DNA of 64,000 nucleotides from Eledone cirrhosa (Eukaryota), in the NCBI GenBank assembly GCA_964016885.1, contig OZ024745.1, forward strand, positions 115,134,001 through 115,198,000, written 5' to 3'. This document shows, in pieces, positions 10,857 through 24,100 of the stretch. Position 1 is the first letter of the stretch, and each line of letters starts with the position of its first letter. A program made the translations under genes and the position numbers. The notes below the pieces were generated by a model, which saw nothing but the letters and a program-made list of their open reading frames with translations, did not search any database and was not told where the DNA came from.

Positions 10857-11419
10857 CTACATAAATAAACAACTATAGAACCTAAAATAAAATTTTACTT
10901 TTATATATATTTTACTTAGAAAGCATGCTTTGTAAGTAAAATATATAAGTGAAATATAAGAAAAAAATAAACACTAGAAAATGATTGACAATTTCTATAC
11001 TTGAACCAATTAATAACTCTGCCAATGTTTGTTTTAACACGATGTGTTTTAATCATTTGTTTTTGCACTATCATACCAAGGGTTTCTGCTATCTTTAATC
11101 CATGCTGTTTCAGTCAATACTATCATTCTTCTCCTGTTATGGCTTCTGTTCACCTGACAAAATAGCCATGCAACATTTTTCTTTTCAGTTATCATTCTCT
11201 CAATTTTCATATTTTGTTTCTTCTCTTTTTGTTTGAAATTATTTTGCTTTCTGCTTCTGTGCATTCACCATATAAGCTTCTCTTCCCTTTTCTAAACATA
11301 CTCCTATAAACCTATAGTTTCTAAGTGAATTATCTACTCTTACACTGAGTATCTCTATGCTAACCCGCTTTTCTTGAAATACAGCTTTGTGGATGTAACT
11401 TACAGATTGAATTATTAAG

Positions 11420-11748
11420 AGATGTATTTCCCAATCTTTAGGTCTAAGATTCAATCTCACTGCATGCCATCTTGAGGAAGTGTTATTTACCATAGCTATA
11501 GATCATCCCAATCCTTGTAAGTGATATTGGGTAGACAGAAAATCTTTGAAGCCTGTCAAATAGACTATCTGTAATTCAAAGAGCCAGCTTTGTCACACAC
11601 TGTGTCATGTTGAATCTCCATGAAAATTAACTTAATGATACATGTGTTTGTAGAATGCTCAGCCATTTACACATTAATTTCATAAGTAGGGTGTTTTGTT
11701 GATCAAACAAGTGGAACACGCCTTGTTGAAACCAAAAGAGGTCCATTT
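11420..11748 (+). mobile_element. Decayed SINE, same tail family as 54325-54650
   Basis: CTGTAATTCAAAGAGCCAGCTTTGTCACACACTGTGTCATGTTGAATCTCC...GCTCAGCCATTTACACATTAATT matches the reverse complement of 54390-54505. Confidence 0.6.
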
Positions 11749-12155
11749 ATTTACTGATATTTTTACATATGGCATGTTATTATTGTCATATGCCTTGCAG
11801 TATATATTCTAGTTCTTAGTTCAAACCCAGCCTTCATCAACTTTGCTTTCATCCTTTTGGAGTCGATAAATAATGTACCAATCTAGAGCAGTTAACTGGA
11901 AGAATCTTAGAGTATCTTCCATTATTTGTTATGGCTCTTTGTGTTCTGAGTTCAAATCCTGTTGTGACTGACTTGGGTGGCAGACTTAATTTGTCATATG
12001 AATTAAAACCCCCACATGAACCATGGCTGCTTTTAGCAAAGTCCACTCTGATGCAAACGTTCAGGCCAAATCTGTTTTGAGGATACTTCTCTCCTCTCCT
12101 CCTAACTTTCATGGAGACCCTGAAAAGGGTAATGGGCATGGCCCTTACACTCGAA

Positions 12156-12493
12156 TCATCATTATTTATAAAAGGCAGATTGTTGTTGTTGTGTGTGTGC
12201 ATGTTCCATGTTTATACATTTGCATAATTTCAAACCGATTCGACTCAAAGTCTGTAAGAATGTTGTAAATGGTCTAACTTAGGTCAACGGCTATTTATTT
12301 CATTCAAACGCACCCACAATTACGGAAATAATCGATAAAACTAAATACATGACGCTTTACCCTCTAATACAATCAGATTTCCTCTCTCTACTCCCCTTCA
12401 TCAGAGAAAGTTGCAGCATGTATGTAGTTACACACACACACAACAACAACAACCTGCCTTTTATAGATAATGATGATGATTAAACTTACAAAC

Positions 12494-12547
<54 letters not shown>

Positions 12548-13232
12548 TTTGTTTTTGAGTGTAGAACGGTCAAACATTTATTTACTTCAATGACAAAGAG
12601 AACTTACAACATTTCATACGAAACAACAATTATTCAAAAGCAACAGATAAATTTATTCAACAACAAAAAAAAATAGCGATAAATCTCTTTTAAAACATCT
12701 ATCAACGAACGTGGAAGAAAGAAGTATCAGTTCATTTACTATACACAATAATATCCTCTATGTGGTCACTAAACCTGCTAGAAACAGCAGCTAACTCTCC
12801 CCCATATCACACCACTCCCTACTGTCTTAAATTTAGAAAACATATCCTCTATGAGGTCACTAAACCTGCTAGAAACAGCAGCTAACTCTCCCCCATATCA
12901 CACCCCTCCCTACTGTCTTAAATTTAGAAAACACACATTAGACAACCATGCAGAACAACTCCATCACAGCTCTGTTGTTCGGCTGGCATCATCTACGCGT
13001 GTGTTGCGCAAGTACTGTGAAACAATAAATTTCAACACTTCTTTGCACAGAGATAATATCCGTAGGCGAAACTACAATTGTCACTGCTGGCGCAGCTCCT
13101 GCTTCGGCAGTCTAGGTCTGCAATTCATTCAACCAGTGCCTGGCAGACAAAAAAAGTGCTGCCATAAAATGGGTGGTGCAACCTAACTTTGGTAACTTAC
13201 TCACCCCGAGCAATGCCAGGCTTTAATGCTAG
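12156..13232 (+). mobile_element. Putative composite non-autonomous Helitron-like element
   Basis: 5' A|TCATCATTATTTATAAAAGGCAG; 3' CCCGAGCAATGCCAGG...GCTAG|T, the same terminal motif as 50272-50298. The 3' end is well supported; the 5' boundary is less certain. Confidence 0.5.
12751..12932. repeat. Tandem duplication of about 91 bp
   Basis: ATATCCTCTATG(T/A)GGTCACTAAACCTGCTAGAAACAGCAGC... at 12751 and 12842. Confidence 0.9.
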
Positions 13233-13553
13233 TTAGTGATAAAACAAGTGCTGGTGTCATGATAAAATGTCATGTCACTCAGTAAATTCTGTAAACTGTT
13301 TGGTGTTTGCTGTAGAAACCAAGCCAGAATTGGAACATATGAACATGACATGGTTCCCTGACCTATATAGGAATGAGGTAACTCCAAATAAGAACTAACT
13401 CAGATCATAACAAGATGTTCAATCCATGTCAGCATGTAAAGCAGATATCATTTGATGATGATAATGATGAGGATACCGATCTGCAGATGTTTAAGCTGAA
13501 TATTAGCTTCATTAATCTCACTAATATGAGATAAACTGCACAAATCATAGGCA

Positions 13554-16500
13554 GTGACTTTCTTTAGCTACTTTAACGCTTTCTCACCTCATGTGGCCGG
13601 ACGAAAATGCAAGGATTCCTCTTTATGTCAGACGCGGATGGCAAACATAACCCCATCTCCCTCACCCCTCCCTACACCTCCAACCCATCCCTTCCACCCA
13701 TCAAACAAATTCCATAACTTCAGAGTTAGTACCATGAATGTAGGCACCTTAAATGGTCGCTCTAATGAGGTTGTAGAGATGCTTGAATGTAAGGAAGTTG
13801 ATGCTTATTGCGTCCAAGAGACTAGGTGGAAGGGTGGGTCGGCTAGATTCATTGTTCGTAAAAAACGATGCTATAAACTTTTCTGGGTAGGAAATGAAAA
13901 TGAGCTGGGTGGTGTAGGAATTATGTTAGCAGAAAAATGGGTAGATAAGGTAATTGACGTAAATAGAGTGAACGACAAAATAATCAAAATAAGACTTGTC
14001 CTAAATAGAACTACTGTGACAATAATATCCACTTACGCACCCCAATCTGGACTGCCTGGTGTTATAAAAGACAGATTCTATGAGTCGCTAATGCTCACTA
14101 CCTCCCAAATAACCAACAGTGAATACATAATTATTGCTGGCGACCTAAATGGTCATGTTGGACAACATTGTTTGGACAACATGGTTTGGTACCAGAAATG
14201 AGGAAGGCTTCAGAATTCTGGAATTCTGTGACGCAAATAACCTAACTATCTGCAACACAAACTTCAAAAAACGAGACAATCACTTGATCACGGGAACACG
14301 CCAGTCAGATAGATTATATCCTTACCAGAAGACGTGACAAAGTGTCGGTTGTAAACACTAAATCCCCCCCCCCCCCCGCGAAGAATGCACCTCCCAACAT
14401 AGCCTCATAGTTAGTGACCTCATAGTCAGAACGAGACATACTCGACAACAGAGGAGGACCACCCTGAGAAGAAGAATATGGAAGTTAAAGGACCCCACAG
14501 CAGTAACAAATTTAAAAGCATACTACTTGATGCTTTTGACAGTAAGGAAGAGCAATTAGAGACGTACAGTATAGAGGAACAGTGGGAATTCCTGTAAGTT
14601 AATCTGCTGAAGGTGACAGATGAAATCTGTGGCTGGAGCAGACCTATAGGCAGGAGGAGAGTAACATGGTGGTGGAACAGTAAGGTGGAGGAGTCAATCA
14701 AGGCCAAAAAGCAAGCTTGAAAAGTATGGTAGAATGGGGGAAGTAGAGAACACTATCAAGTGGCCAGGAGAGAAGCTAGGAGACAAGTGTACCTTGCAAG
14801 ACGGGAAGCAGAGGAAAGAAAGTTCAAGTATGTTCTACAATGCGAGGACCAAAAACGTAAGGTGTTCAGGATTGCTGGACAATGTGTCAAGGAAAACCGT
14901 GATATTGTCGGGGAGAAGTGTGTCCGTAATTATGATGGTATACTTGCTATCACTGATACTGATAAGAAGGTAGCTTGGAAGTGTCACTATGAGAGGCTAC
15001 TAAATGAGGAGAATAAGTGGGAAAAAGATAGTCTTCCCCAAATCGATCCAATAGAGGGACCAGCAGTGCAAGTTGAAGGTAGTATAATAAGTAAGGCAAT
15101 CAAAGATATGGAGACAGGCAAAGCAGATGGGCCTTCAGAGATAGTTACTGAAATGCTGAAAGCATCTGGATCGGTGGGACACACTATGGTCTCCCGGATA
15201 GTAAACCAAGTCATACAGAATGGAGTCATACCAAATGACTGGCGTAGCTGCATCATCATTAACTGCTACAAGGGTAAAGGAGATGCCCTAGATAAGGGAA
15301 ACTATAGAGGCATTAAATTAATTGACCAGGTCATGAAGGTCACAGAAAAAGTTATAGCGCAACTAACCAGAGAGTGAATTGATCTAGATGAAATGCAGTT
15401 TGGGTTTGTGTCAGGTAAAAGTATCACAGACGCTCTTTTCCTTGTATGACAACTACAGAAGAAGTTCCTAGCTAAAAGTAAACCCCCTATACTTAGCTTT
15501 TGTTGACTTGGAGAAAGCCTTTGACAGAGTCCCCGCTCCATTATCTGGTGGGCTCTTAGAAAACTAGGTGTTGATGAATGGCTTGTGAATGCTATACAAG
15601 CCATGTATAAAGAGACAGTCAGCAAGGTTAGAATTAACAACGAATATAGTGAAGAATTTAGCGTAAAAGTTGGTGTTCATCAGGGCTCTGTCCTTAGCCC
15701 CCTCCTATTTATCATTGTCCTTCAAGCTATAACAGAGGAGTTCAAGACCGGCTGCCCATGGGAACTTCTATACGCAGATGATCTAACTCTCATAGCTGAA
15801 TCAATGGCTGAACTAAAGAAGAAATTCCAAACTTGGAAGCATGGCCTAGAATCAAAAGGCCTTAAAATTAACTTGTCTAAGACTAAAGTTCTAGTATGTA
15901 GGAAGGAAAATAGGGCACTTGTCCCCTCTGGGAAATGGCCATGCTCAGTGTGTAGGAAAGGAGTAGGCAGAAACTCCATTTTATTTCCCAAATGCAAAGT
16001 ATGGGTGCATAAAAGATGTAGTGGGATCACAGGTAAACTAACTAAGAACATAGATTTTATATGTGGCTGGTGCTCAGGTGCAATAAGTAGTAGCACGTGC
16101 CCACAGGATACTAGCTCCTTCCATTGCCCAGATGGTTCTATAGAAATAGTGGACACCTTCCGTTACCTGGGTGACAAAATCAACAGTGGTGGAGGGTGCT
16201 CTGAAAGTACAGTAGCTAGAGTCAGAACGGGTTGGAAAAAGTTCAGAGAGCTTATACCACTATTGGCCGCTAAAGGTTTCTCCCTAAAAATGAAAGGCAG
16301 ACTGTATGATGCCTGCATATGAACAGCAATTTTACATGGCAGTGAGACATGGGCATTGTGTGCAGAGGATCTGCGCAGACTTGAGAGGAATGAAGCTTGC
16401 ATGCTCCGTTGGATGTGTAATATTAATATACGTGAACGGCAAAGCATAAATGAACTAAGTGAGAAATTAGGAATAAAAGGGATCAGATGTTGTTTACTCG

Positions 16501-17140
16501 AGAGAAGACTACGTTGGTATGGTCACGTGATACGCATGAAAGACGACAGCTGTATAAAAAAGTGCAGGGCGATCAAAATAGATGGAAGCTACGGAGTAGG
16601 CAGACCCAGAAAAACCTGGGACGATTTGATAAATTCCGACCTTACACACACTTACACCTCTCCAAGACAATGTCACTGGACTGAGACCTTTGGCGCTATG
16701 CAGTAATACAGAAGACCCGCCTTGCCTAAGTATAAAGCGAAACCTACAGTCAGTAGGCACCTCCTAACCAAAAAATACACCCCCATCCCAGTACCCCTAC
16801 CCCCACCACCCCTACCCCCACCCCATCTACACCACCCCTTTCTCTGTAAAGTTATGTTGGTGCCACAATATCCAGTCCTAAATAAATTAGGTCGTGTAGG
16901 TGTCACGAGAAAAAAAAACACAGTCCACGCTGTAATGTGGTCGTGTAGGTAACACAGTAAAAAGCTCCCAGTCCACACTGTAAACGTGGTTGGTGTTAGG
17001 AAGGGCATCCAGCCGTAGAAAACCTGCCAGACAGTCCTATAGGAGCAAGACAACCAATCTTGCCTCATGTGGGACAATTCCCGTCTAAACCCATGCTAGC
17101 ATGGAAGATAGACATTAAACGATGATGATGGTGATGATGA
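13554..17140 (+). mobile_element. Near full-length RTE-clade LINE (APE + RT), inactivated by stops and frameshifts
   Basis: APE motifs: TMNVGTL, CVQETRWKG, YAPQ, GDLNGHVG, NEEG..ILEFC. RT motifs: YKGKGD..NYRGIKL, QFGF, DLEKAFDRV, GVHQGSVLSPLLF, LLYADD, FRYLG. C-terminal RRLRWYGHV..GRPRKTW. 3' UTR ends in (GAT)n at about 17120-17140. The 5' boundary is approximate. Confidence 0.95.
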
Positions 17141-17670
17141 TTTTAATTTATTGATAAAGAATTTTAAGTGATTTACTAAAATTATTAATCATTTCATTAC
17201 TAAGAAAGTAACTTAACATATGGTTCTTATATAAAATTATGCTGGAGGATATAATTTAAATAGGAACCCTTTAAAATAAGTGGTTTTGTTTCAAGGAGCC
17301 AAAGGTGGTTTCAGGCAATTTGGTATCAGAAAGGTTAAAAAAACACTGCAAGTTGGAAACGAGCACTTTTCAACCAAAATTTGAAACTAGATCTTACTTT
17401 GAAAAAAATCTTTTTTACAGCACAACAATACTTGCCACTCAACTGTCTTACATAATGAACATGGCATCATTTTATATCTATCATTCAATATACAGCTTCC
17501 AGTATGTAATCTCCAATTCAGGCTGTTGTAGGTGTTTTTCTTTTGTGAATTGTATCAATCTGCCTTTATTTTAAAGGTTGGTTAATGCAGTTAACATTTC
17601 TTACTCATAATAGCTCTGACAATGAAGAAACAAAAATGTTATTTGTACTCTAATAGCCTTGAAAGAGATC

Positions 17671-17728
<58 letters not shown>

Positions 17729-18047
17729 AAGAAAAACTAAATATTTCATATTAATAAAGATGTATGAATAAAATACACTTCCAAATGCTATTTCAGCTGT
17801 TTTTGGTAGAGAGTATTCAATGTTAAAAAAAAATAGCTGAATTGAGCTTTATAGGAAAAATATATTATTTGGGATACAAATAGTGCAAATGTTTCCTATG
17901 AATTGACAATAATTGAAATAGAAAATAAAAGAATATAGCTTTCTGTAGGTATCACCTAATTTATTTTGTTGGTAATGGAATGAAGTGAAGTTATATATAT
18001 ATATACATACATATATATATATATATCCACAAGCCATATTGGAGACA

Positions 18048-18302
18048 CACATCTAGGAGGGCAGTGGCTCTGTTTAAAAATGACTGCATGGAGCAGATGT
18101 GGACTCTGTAAGCCATAGTGAAGGTAACCTGTCTAGGAAGGCAGTGACTGATTAAAAACGACTGCACAGAGCAGACATGGACTCTATAAATTATAGGGAA
18201 GGTAACCCATCTAAGAGGGCAGCAACTCTGATAAATGATGACTGCAAGGAGAAGACGTAGGGCTCTGTAAGTCATAGTGAAGGCAACCCGTCTAGAAGAG
18301 TA
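18048..18302. repeat. Diverged tandem repeat of about 80 bp, about 3 copies
   Basis: TCTAG(G/A)AGGGCAG...GACTGCA..GAGCAGA..TGGACTCT(G/A)TAA..CATAGTGAAGGTAACC recurs. Confidence 0.8.
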
Positions 18303-18654
18303 GATACTCCAAATAAAAACTGATACAGGGTGGAGAGGACTCTTGAGTCCAGTAAAACAACTTCTCTTGTGCTGGTGGCACGAATAATGCACCCAGTCCA
18401 CACTGTAAAGTTGTTGGTGATAGGAAGGAGATCCAGCCAGAAATACCCTACCAAAAATATGACAAGCATGGCAGATGCAATTCACAATAATCGTATATAC
18501 AGGACCAACACAAGTCATATTAGTGCTGTGCATGGTAGTGGGGTGGTTAGAGTAGCCATATGTGAGAACCCCTCAACTATCATCAAGCAATTACACAGGC
18601 TTTTTCCTCTTCAGGTACATAGAACTTCTACCCAAGGAAGTAACAACAGTCAAT

Positions 18655-18756
18655 GTATACATCTCAAGACTGCCGCCCTCAATGTTGGAACCCTGAAATG
18701 CAAATCAGGTGAAATTGTGGAACTGTTAGAGAGAAGAGATGTAGATATATGCTGTC
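18655..18756 (+). pseudogene. RTE APE N-terminal fragment
   Basis: LKTAALNVGTLKCKSGEIVELLERRDVDICC parallels STMNVGTLNGRSNEVVEMLECKEVDAYC of the 13.5-kb RTE. Confidence 0.75.
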
Positions 18757-19320
18757 CAATAACGTTGTTAAGCAGTATTTTAAAAAGTACATTATACATT
18801 CAAATCAACACACTGAAATGTTAACATTTTGTTAAGTATACTATACTGTATTTGCATAAATGAACTGTAATTACAGCATGAGGACTTATATATTAGACTT
18901 ATTTGTTGCTTAAATCATAATGCTAAACATTAATGTTTTTCACAATCTTGTTTATGAATCTATCTTTCATATTTAGACTTTCTAGAAAGACTTCTTTTCA
19001 CTTTATGTTTGTTATTTGCTGATTATTGTCTAATTTACCTGGTACTTTGGGACAAGTATTTCCAAATCTAATATTTGTCTCCTGATGATATTTGTGATAT
19101 GTGATTAAAATGTTTGCTGATTTAATAAATTGATTAATCAATCTGCAAATTATTATTGGTGTTTGCAATTACATTTCATTAAATTGAAATGAACATAGGA
19201 ATTAGTAAAATGATTTGAATTATAATCTTTGGTTTTTACCTAAATTAAATTATATATATATATCCATATAAAGTTGACAAACAAGAGAAAGGAGTACTCA
19301 ATACCGAAGTAGAGTCTTAG

Positions 19321-19482
19321 TATTCATTGTATTAGGGCTAAAATAGTGAGTCTTGTTACTTTGGAGTTTTACCTGCTTGCTCGCAGGGTCATCAGACAAG
19401 GTTCGATTTTGATGACTCTGTGGGCAAGCAGGAGCAATGCCAGCGTAACATGGCTCACTATTTAGCATTAATAAAATGAATA
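19321..19482. other. Long imperfect inverted repeat containing a decayed hammerhead-ribozyme motif
   Basis: Arms 19321-19395 and 19409-19482. Minus strand of the left arm: CTTGT-CTGATGA-CCCTGC-GAGCAA-GCAGG-T-AAAA-CTCCAAAG-TA-ACAAG, with the GAAA core mutated. Confidence 0.65.
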
Positions 19483-19486
19483 TATA

Positions 19487-19925
19487 TCATCAACATCATT
19501 TAATCTGTTTTTCCTGCTAGTATGGGTTGGATGGGTCTACATAGACCAAGTTAGTACTGAAGCAGAGCTACTGACCTCCCAGATGGGCCAAGTGATCTAT
19601 ATCCCACTTATGTACAGTCATATCAAGTGCAGAGAAGTTGTCGTGTCTTTTGACACAAACTGAAAGATCCTCCTAATCTTTTGTTTGGCAAGCTCTCTCT
19701 GGCTGGATGCCCTTCACAACATCAGTCCCTTTACAGAGTGTACTGCATGCTTTTATTATGTAGATCAGCAGCACTAGGGAGGCGTTCATGTTCTTGACAC
19801 AACTAAATGGTCTTCCCAACCCTTTGTTTGGCAGGCTTTTTACAGCTGGATACCCTTCCTATCACCAAACACTTTACAATGTGTACTGGGTGCATTTATC
19901 GTGTAGATCACCAGCACTGGAAGGG
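19487..19925 (-). mobile_element. Old RTE-tail-type element(s)
   Basis: (CAT)n...TTTTCCTGCTAGTATGGGTTGGATGGG, with two copies of CTGGAT(G/A)CCCTTC...TTTACA..GTGTACTG. Similar decayed copies lie at about 10245-10500, 13245-13470, 55180-55590, 58140-58810 and 62905-63300. Confidence 0.65.
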
Positions 19926-20478
19926 TTGCATGTATGTATATATGTGTGTATGTACGTATACATGTGTGTATGTACGTATACATGTGTGTGTGTGTATCGT
20001 GTATAAGCTAGAAGAAAGGAATGTTTCAGGAGAGAGTAATGAGTAAACAAAAATCACACTCACACATGTATATAAGATTGCATGTAGCATTGTGAAATAT
20101 ATCAACAATGAAATGAAATTTAATTGGTTGATGATGATGATATTTTGTGTAGAAAACACATTTTAGAAAGTATTAAGAGAAGAGGAGAAAGATGTAATAA
20201 TTTAACATCCATTAGGGTGGCATAAATGCATGACACCATAATAAATTTACAGTACACTAATGGTTTCTGGTTTAGGCACAGGGCCAACAATTTTGTGGGA
20301 GGGGAAAGTCAATTACTAGGACCCCTGTACATTATAGGTGATAAGGATGAAAGGTAAAGCTAACTTCCACGGGATTTGAATGGGAAGTAACTACATGTTG
20401 CAAAGTATGTTGTCTCACATTCTACTGGTACTACCAATCCTTCACTCTCACACACATATTTATTAGTTGGTATATAAG

Positions 20479-20675
20479 CAAACCTGCCAACCTCTAAAAA
20501 CCCAAAAGGGGGAGAACCGTGAAAAAAATGTACCCCAAAATGGGGAGAAATGAGGCAAAATGGGGAGATTTTACATAATGAAAGCTATACCCATTTTCAC
20601 AAGGGAAGACATCTCTCACCCACCCCAAAGTGGGTGAGATATCTCCCTGTCAGATGGGGAGAGTTAACAGGTCTA
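20479..20675. mobile_element. Putative MITE (hAT-like terminal inverted repeats)
   Basis: Left end CAAACCTGCCAACCTCT; right end AGAGTTAACAGGTCTA (reverse complement TAGACCTGTTAACTCT). Internal GGGGAGA motifs. TSD not clean. Confidence 0.45.
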
Positions 20676-21006
20676 ATATAATGTACAATAACCACATCAC
20701 TTTCCTTGTTTCTTAATACCTTTAAGAAGGTGTTTTCTACCCAAAATATAACAGAACCAATTGAATGTTTTTAAGTAACATTACAATATCTTTTTATTCT
20801 TATTTTATATATTCAATGTTCAGTTAGCCTTCCAATAGTCATCAGTTTCGGTCTGCCAGGCCGTGGGTTTGGTCCAACCCATTCAAGCATGGAAAAAACA
20901 AACGTAAAATGACGAAGAAAAAAGACTGTTTTTTGCACACACATGCACGTGCACATCCACACATACACATACACACACACACATATATATATGTGTGTGT
21001 GTGCAT

Positions 21007-21079
21007 GTGAAAATATGTGGCTTAGAGTTTAGTGTGTTTGGCTTATGACTGTAATGTTGTGAGTTTGTTTCTTGACAGT
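21007..21079 (+). mobile_element. Decayed tRNA-like SINE head immediately upstream of the satellite
   Basis: GTGAAAATATGTGGCTTAGAGTTTAGTGTGTTTGGCTTATGACTGTAATGTTGTGAGTTTGTTTCTTGACAGT aligns by eye with the SINE heads at 54577-54649 (minus) and 46459-46530. Confidence 0.65.
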
Positions 21080-21131
21080 ACTTTTTTACTCTTTTACCTG
21101 TTTCAGCCATCCGGCTGAGGCCATGCTGGGG

Positions 21132-24100
21132 CATTGCATCCTTGAGCAACACATTTTATTGTACATTGCATCCTTGATCAATACACTTTATTGTACATTG
21201 TGTCCTTGAGAAAGACACTTTATTGTACATTGTGTCCTTGAGAAAGACACTTTATTGGACATTGTGTCCTTGAGAAAGACACTTTATTGTACAGTGCATC
21301 CTTGATCAATACACTTTATTGTACATTGTGTCCTTGAGAAAGACACTTTATTGTACATTGTGTCCTTGAGAAAGACACTTTATTGGACATTGTGTCCTTG
21401 AGAAAGACACTTTATTGTACATTGTGTCCTTGAGAAAGACACTTTATTGTACATTGTGTCCTTGAGCAATACACTTTATTGTACAGTGCATCCTTGATCA
21501 ATACACTTTATTGTACATTGTGTCCTTGAGAAAGACACTTTATTGGACATTGTGTCCTTGAGAAAGACACTTTATTGTACATTGTGTCCTTGAGAAAGAC
21601 ACTTTATTGTACATTGTGTCCTTGAGCAAGACACTTTATTGGACATTGTGTCCTTGAGAAAGACACTTTATTGTACATTGTGTCCTTGAGCAAGACACTT
21701 TATTGGACATTGTGTCCTTGAGAAAGACACTTTATTGTACATTGTGTCCTTGAGAAAGACACTTTATTGTACATTGTGTCCTTGAGCAAGACACTTTATT
21801 GGACATTGTGTCCTTGAGAAAGACACTTTATTGTACATTGTGTCCTTGAGCAAGACACTTTATTGGACATTGTGTCCTTGAGAAAGACACTTTATTGTAC
21901 ATTGTGTCCTTGAGAAAGACACTTTATTGTACATTGTGTCCTTGAGCAATACACTTTATTGTACAGTGCATCCTTGATCAATACACTTTATTGTACATTG
22001 TGTCCTTGAGAAAGACACTTTATTGGACATTGTGTCCTTGAGAAAGACACTTTATTGTACATTGTGTCCTTGAGAAAGACACTTTATTGTACATTGTGTC
22101 CTTGAGCAAGACACTTTATTGGACATTGTGTCCTTGAGAAAGACACTTTATTGTACATTGTGTCCTTGAGCAAGACACTTTATTGGACATTGTGTCCTTG
22201 AGAAAGACACTTTATTGTACATTGTGTCCTTGAGCAATACACTTTATTGTACATTGTGTCCTTGAGCAATACACTTTATTGTACAGTGCATCCTTGATCA
22301 ATACACTTTATTGTACATTGTGTCCTTGAGAAAGACACTTTATTGGACATTGTGTCCTTGAGAAAGACACTTTATTGTACATTGTGTCCTTGAGAAAGAC
22401 ACTTTATTGTACATTGTGTCCTTGAGCAAGACACTTTATTGGACATTGTGTCCTTGAGAAAGACACTTTATTGTACATTGTGTCCTTGAGCAAGACACTT
22501 AATTGGACATTGTGTCCTTGAGAAAGACACTTTATTGTACATTGTGTCCTTGAGCAAGACACTTTATTGGACATTGTGTCCTTGAGAAAGACACTTTATT
22601 GTACATTGTGTCCTTGAGCAAGACACTTTATTGGACATTGTGTCCTTGAGAAAGACACTTTATTGTACATTGTGTCCTTGAGCAAGACACTTTATTGGAC
22701 ATTGTGTCCTTGAGCAAGACAATTTATTGGACATTGTGTCCTTGAGAAAGACACTTCATTGTACATTGTGTCCTTGAGCAAGACACTTTATTGGACATTG
22801 TGTCCTTGAGAAAGACACTTTATTGTACATTGTGTCCTTGAGCAAGACACTTTATTGGACATTGTGTCCTTGAGAAAGACACTTTATTGTACATTGTGTC
22901 CTTGAGCAAGACACTTTATTGGACATTGTGTCCTTGAGAAAGACACTTTATTGTACATTGTGTCCTTGAGCAAGACACTTTATTGGACATTGTGTCCTTG
23001 AGAAAGACACTTTATTGTACATTGTGTCCTTGAGCAAGACACTTTATTGGACATTGTGTCCTTGAGAAAGACACTTTATTGTACATTGTGTCCTTGAGCA
23101 AGACACTTTATTGGACATTGTGTCCTTGAGAAAGACACTTTATTGGACATTGTGTCCTTGAGCAAGACACTTTATTGGACATTGTGTCCTTGAGCAAGAC
23201 ACTTTATTGGACATTGTGTCCTTGAGAAAGACACTTTATTGTACATTGTGTCCTTGAGCAAGACACTTTATTGGACATTGTGTCCTTGAGAAAGACACTT
23301 TATTGTACATTGTGTCCTTGAGCAAGACACTTTATTGGACATTGTGTCCTTGAGCAAGACACTTTATTGGACATTGTGTCCTTGAGAAAGACACTTTATT
23401 GTACATTGTGTCCTTGAGCAAGACACTTTATTGTACATTGTGTCCTTGAGCAAGACACTTTATTGGACATTGTGTCCTTGAGCAAGACACTTTATTGGAC
23501 ATTGTGTCCTTGAGAAAGACACTTTATTGTACATTGTGTCCTTGAGCAAGACACTTTATTGGACATTGTGTCCTTGAGAAAGACACTTTATTGGACATTG
23601 TGTCCTTGAGCAAGACACTTTATTGGACATTGTGTCCTTGAGAAAGACACTTTATTGTACATTGTGTCCTTGAGCAAGACACTTTATTGGACATTGTGTC
23701 CTTGAGAAAGACACTTTATTGTACATTGTGTCCTTGAGCAAGACACTTTATTGTACATTGTGTCCTTGAGCAAGACACTTTATTGGACATTGTGTCCTTG
23801 AGAAAGACACTTTATTGTACATTGTGTCCTTGAGCAAGACACTTTATTGTACATTGTGTCCTTGAGCAAGACACTTTATTGGACATTGTGTCCTTGAGAA
23901 AGACACTTTATTGGACATTGTGTCCTTGAGCAAGACACTTTATTGGACATTGTGTCCTTGAGAAAGACACTTTATTGTACATTGTGTCCTTGAGCAAGAC
24001 ACTTTATTGGACATTGTGTCCTTGAGAAAGACACTTTATTGTACATTGTGTCCTTGAGCAAGACACTTTATTGTACATTGTGTCCTTGAGCAAGACACTT

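Noticed and set aside
2969-17337. One 14-kb TTAA transposon bounded by inverted termini
   Set aside because: The two ends are highly decayed and look like the same terminus from independent copies; there is no transposase between them.
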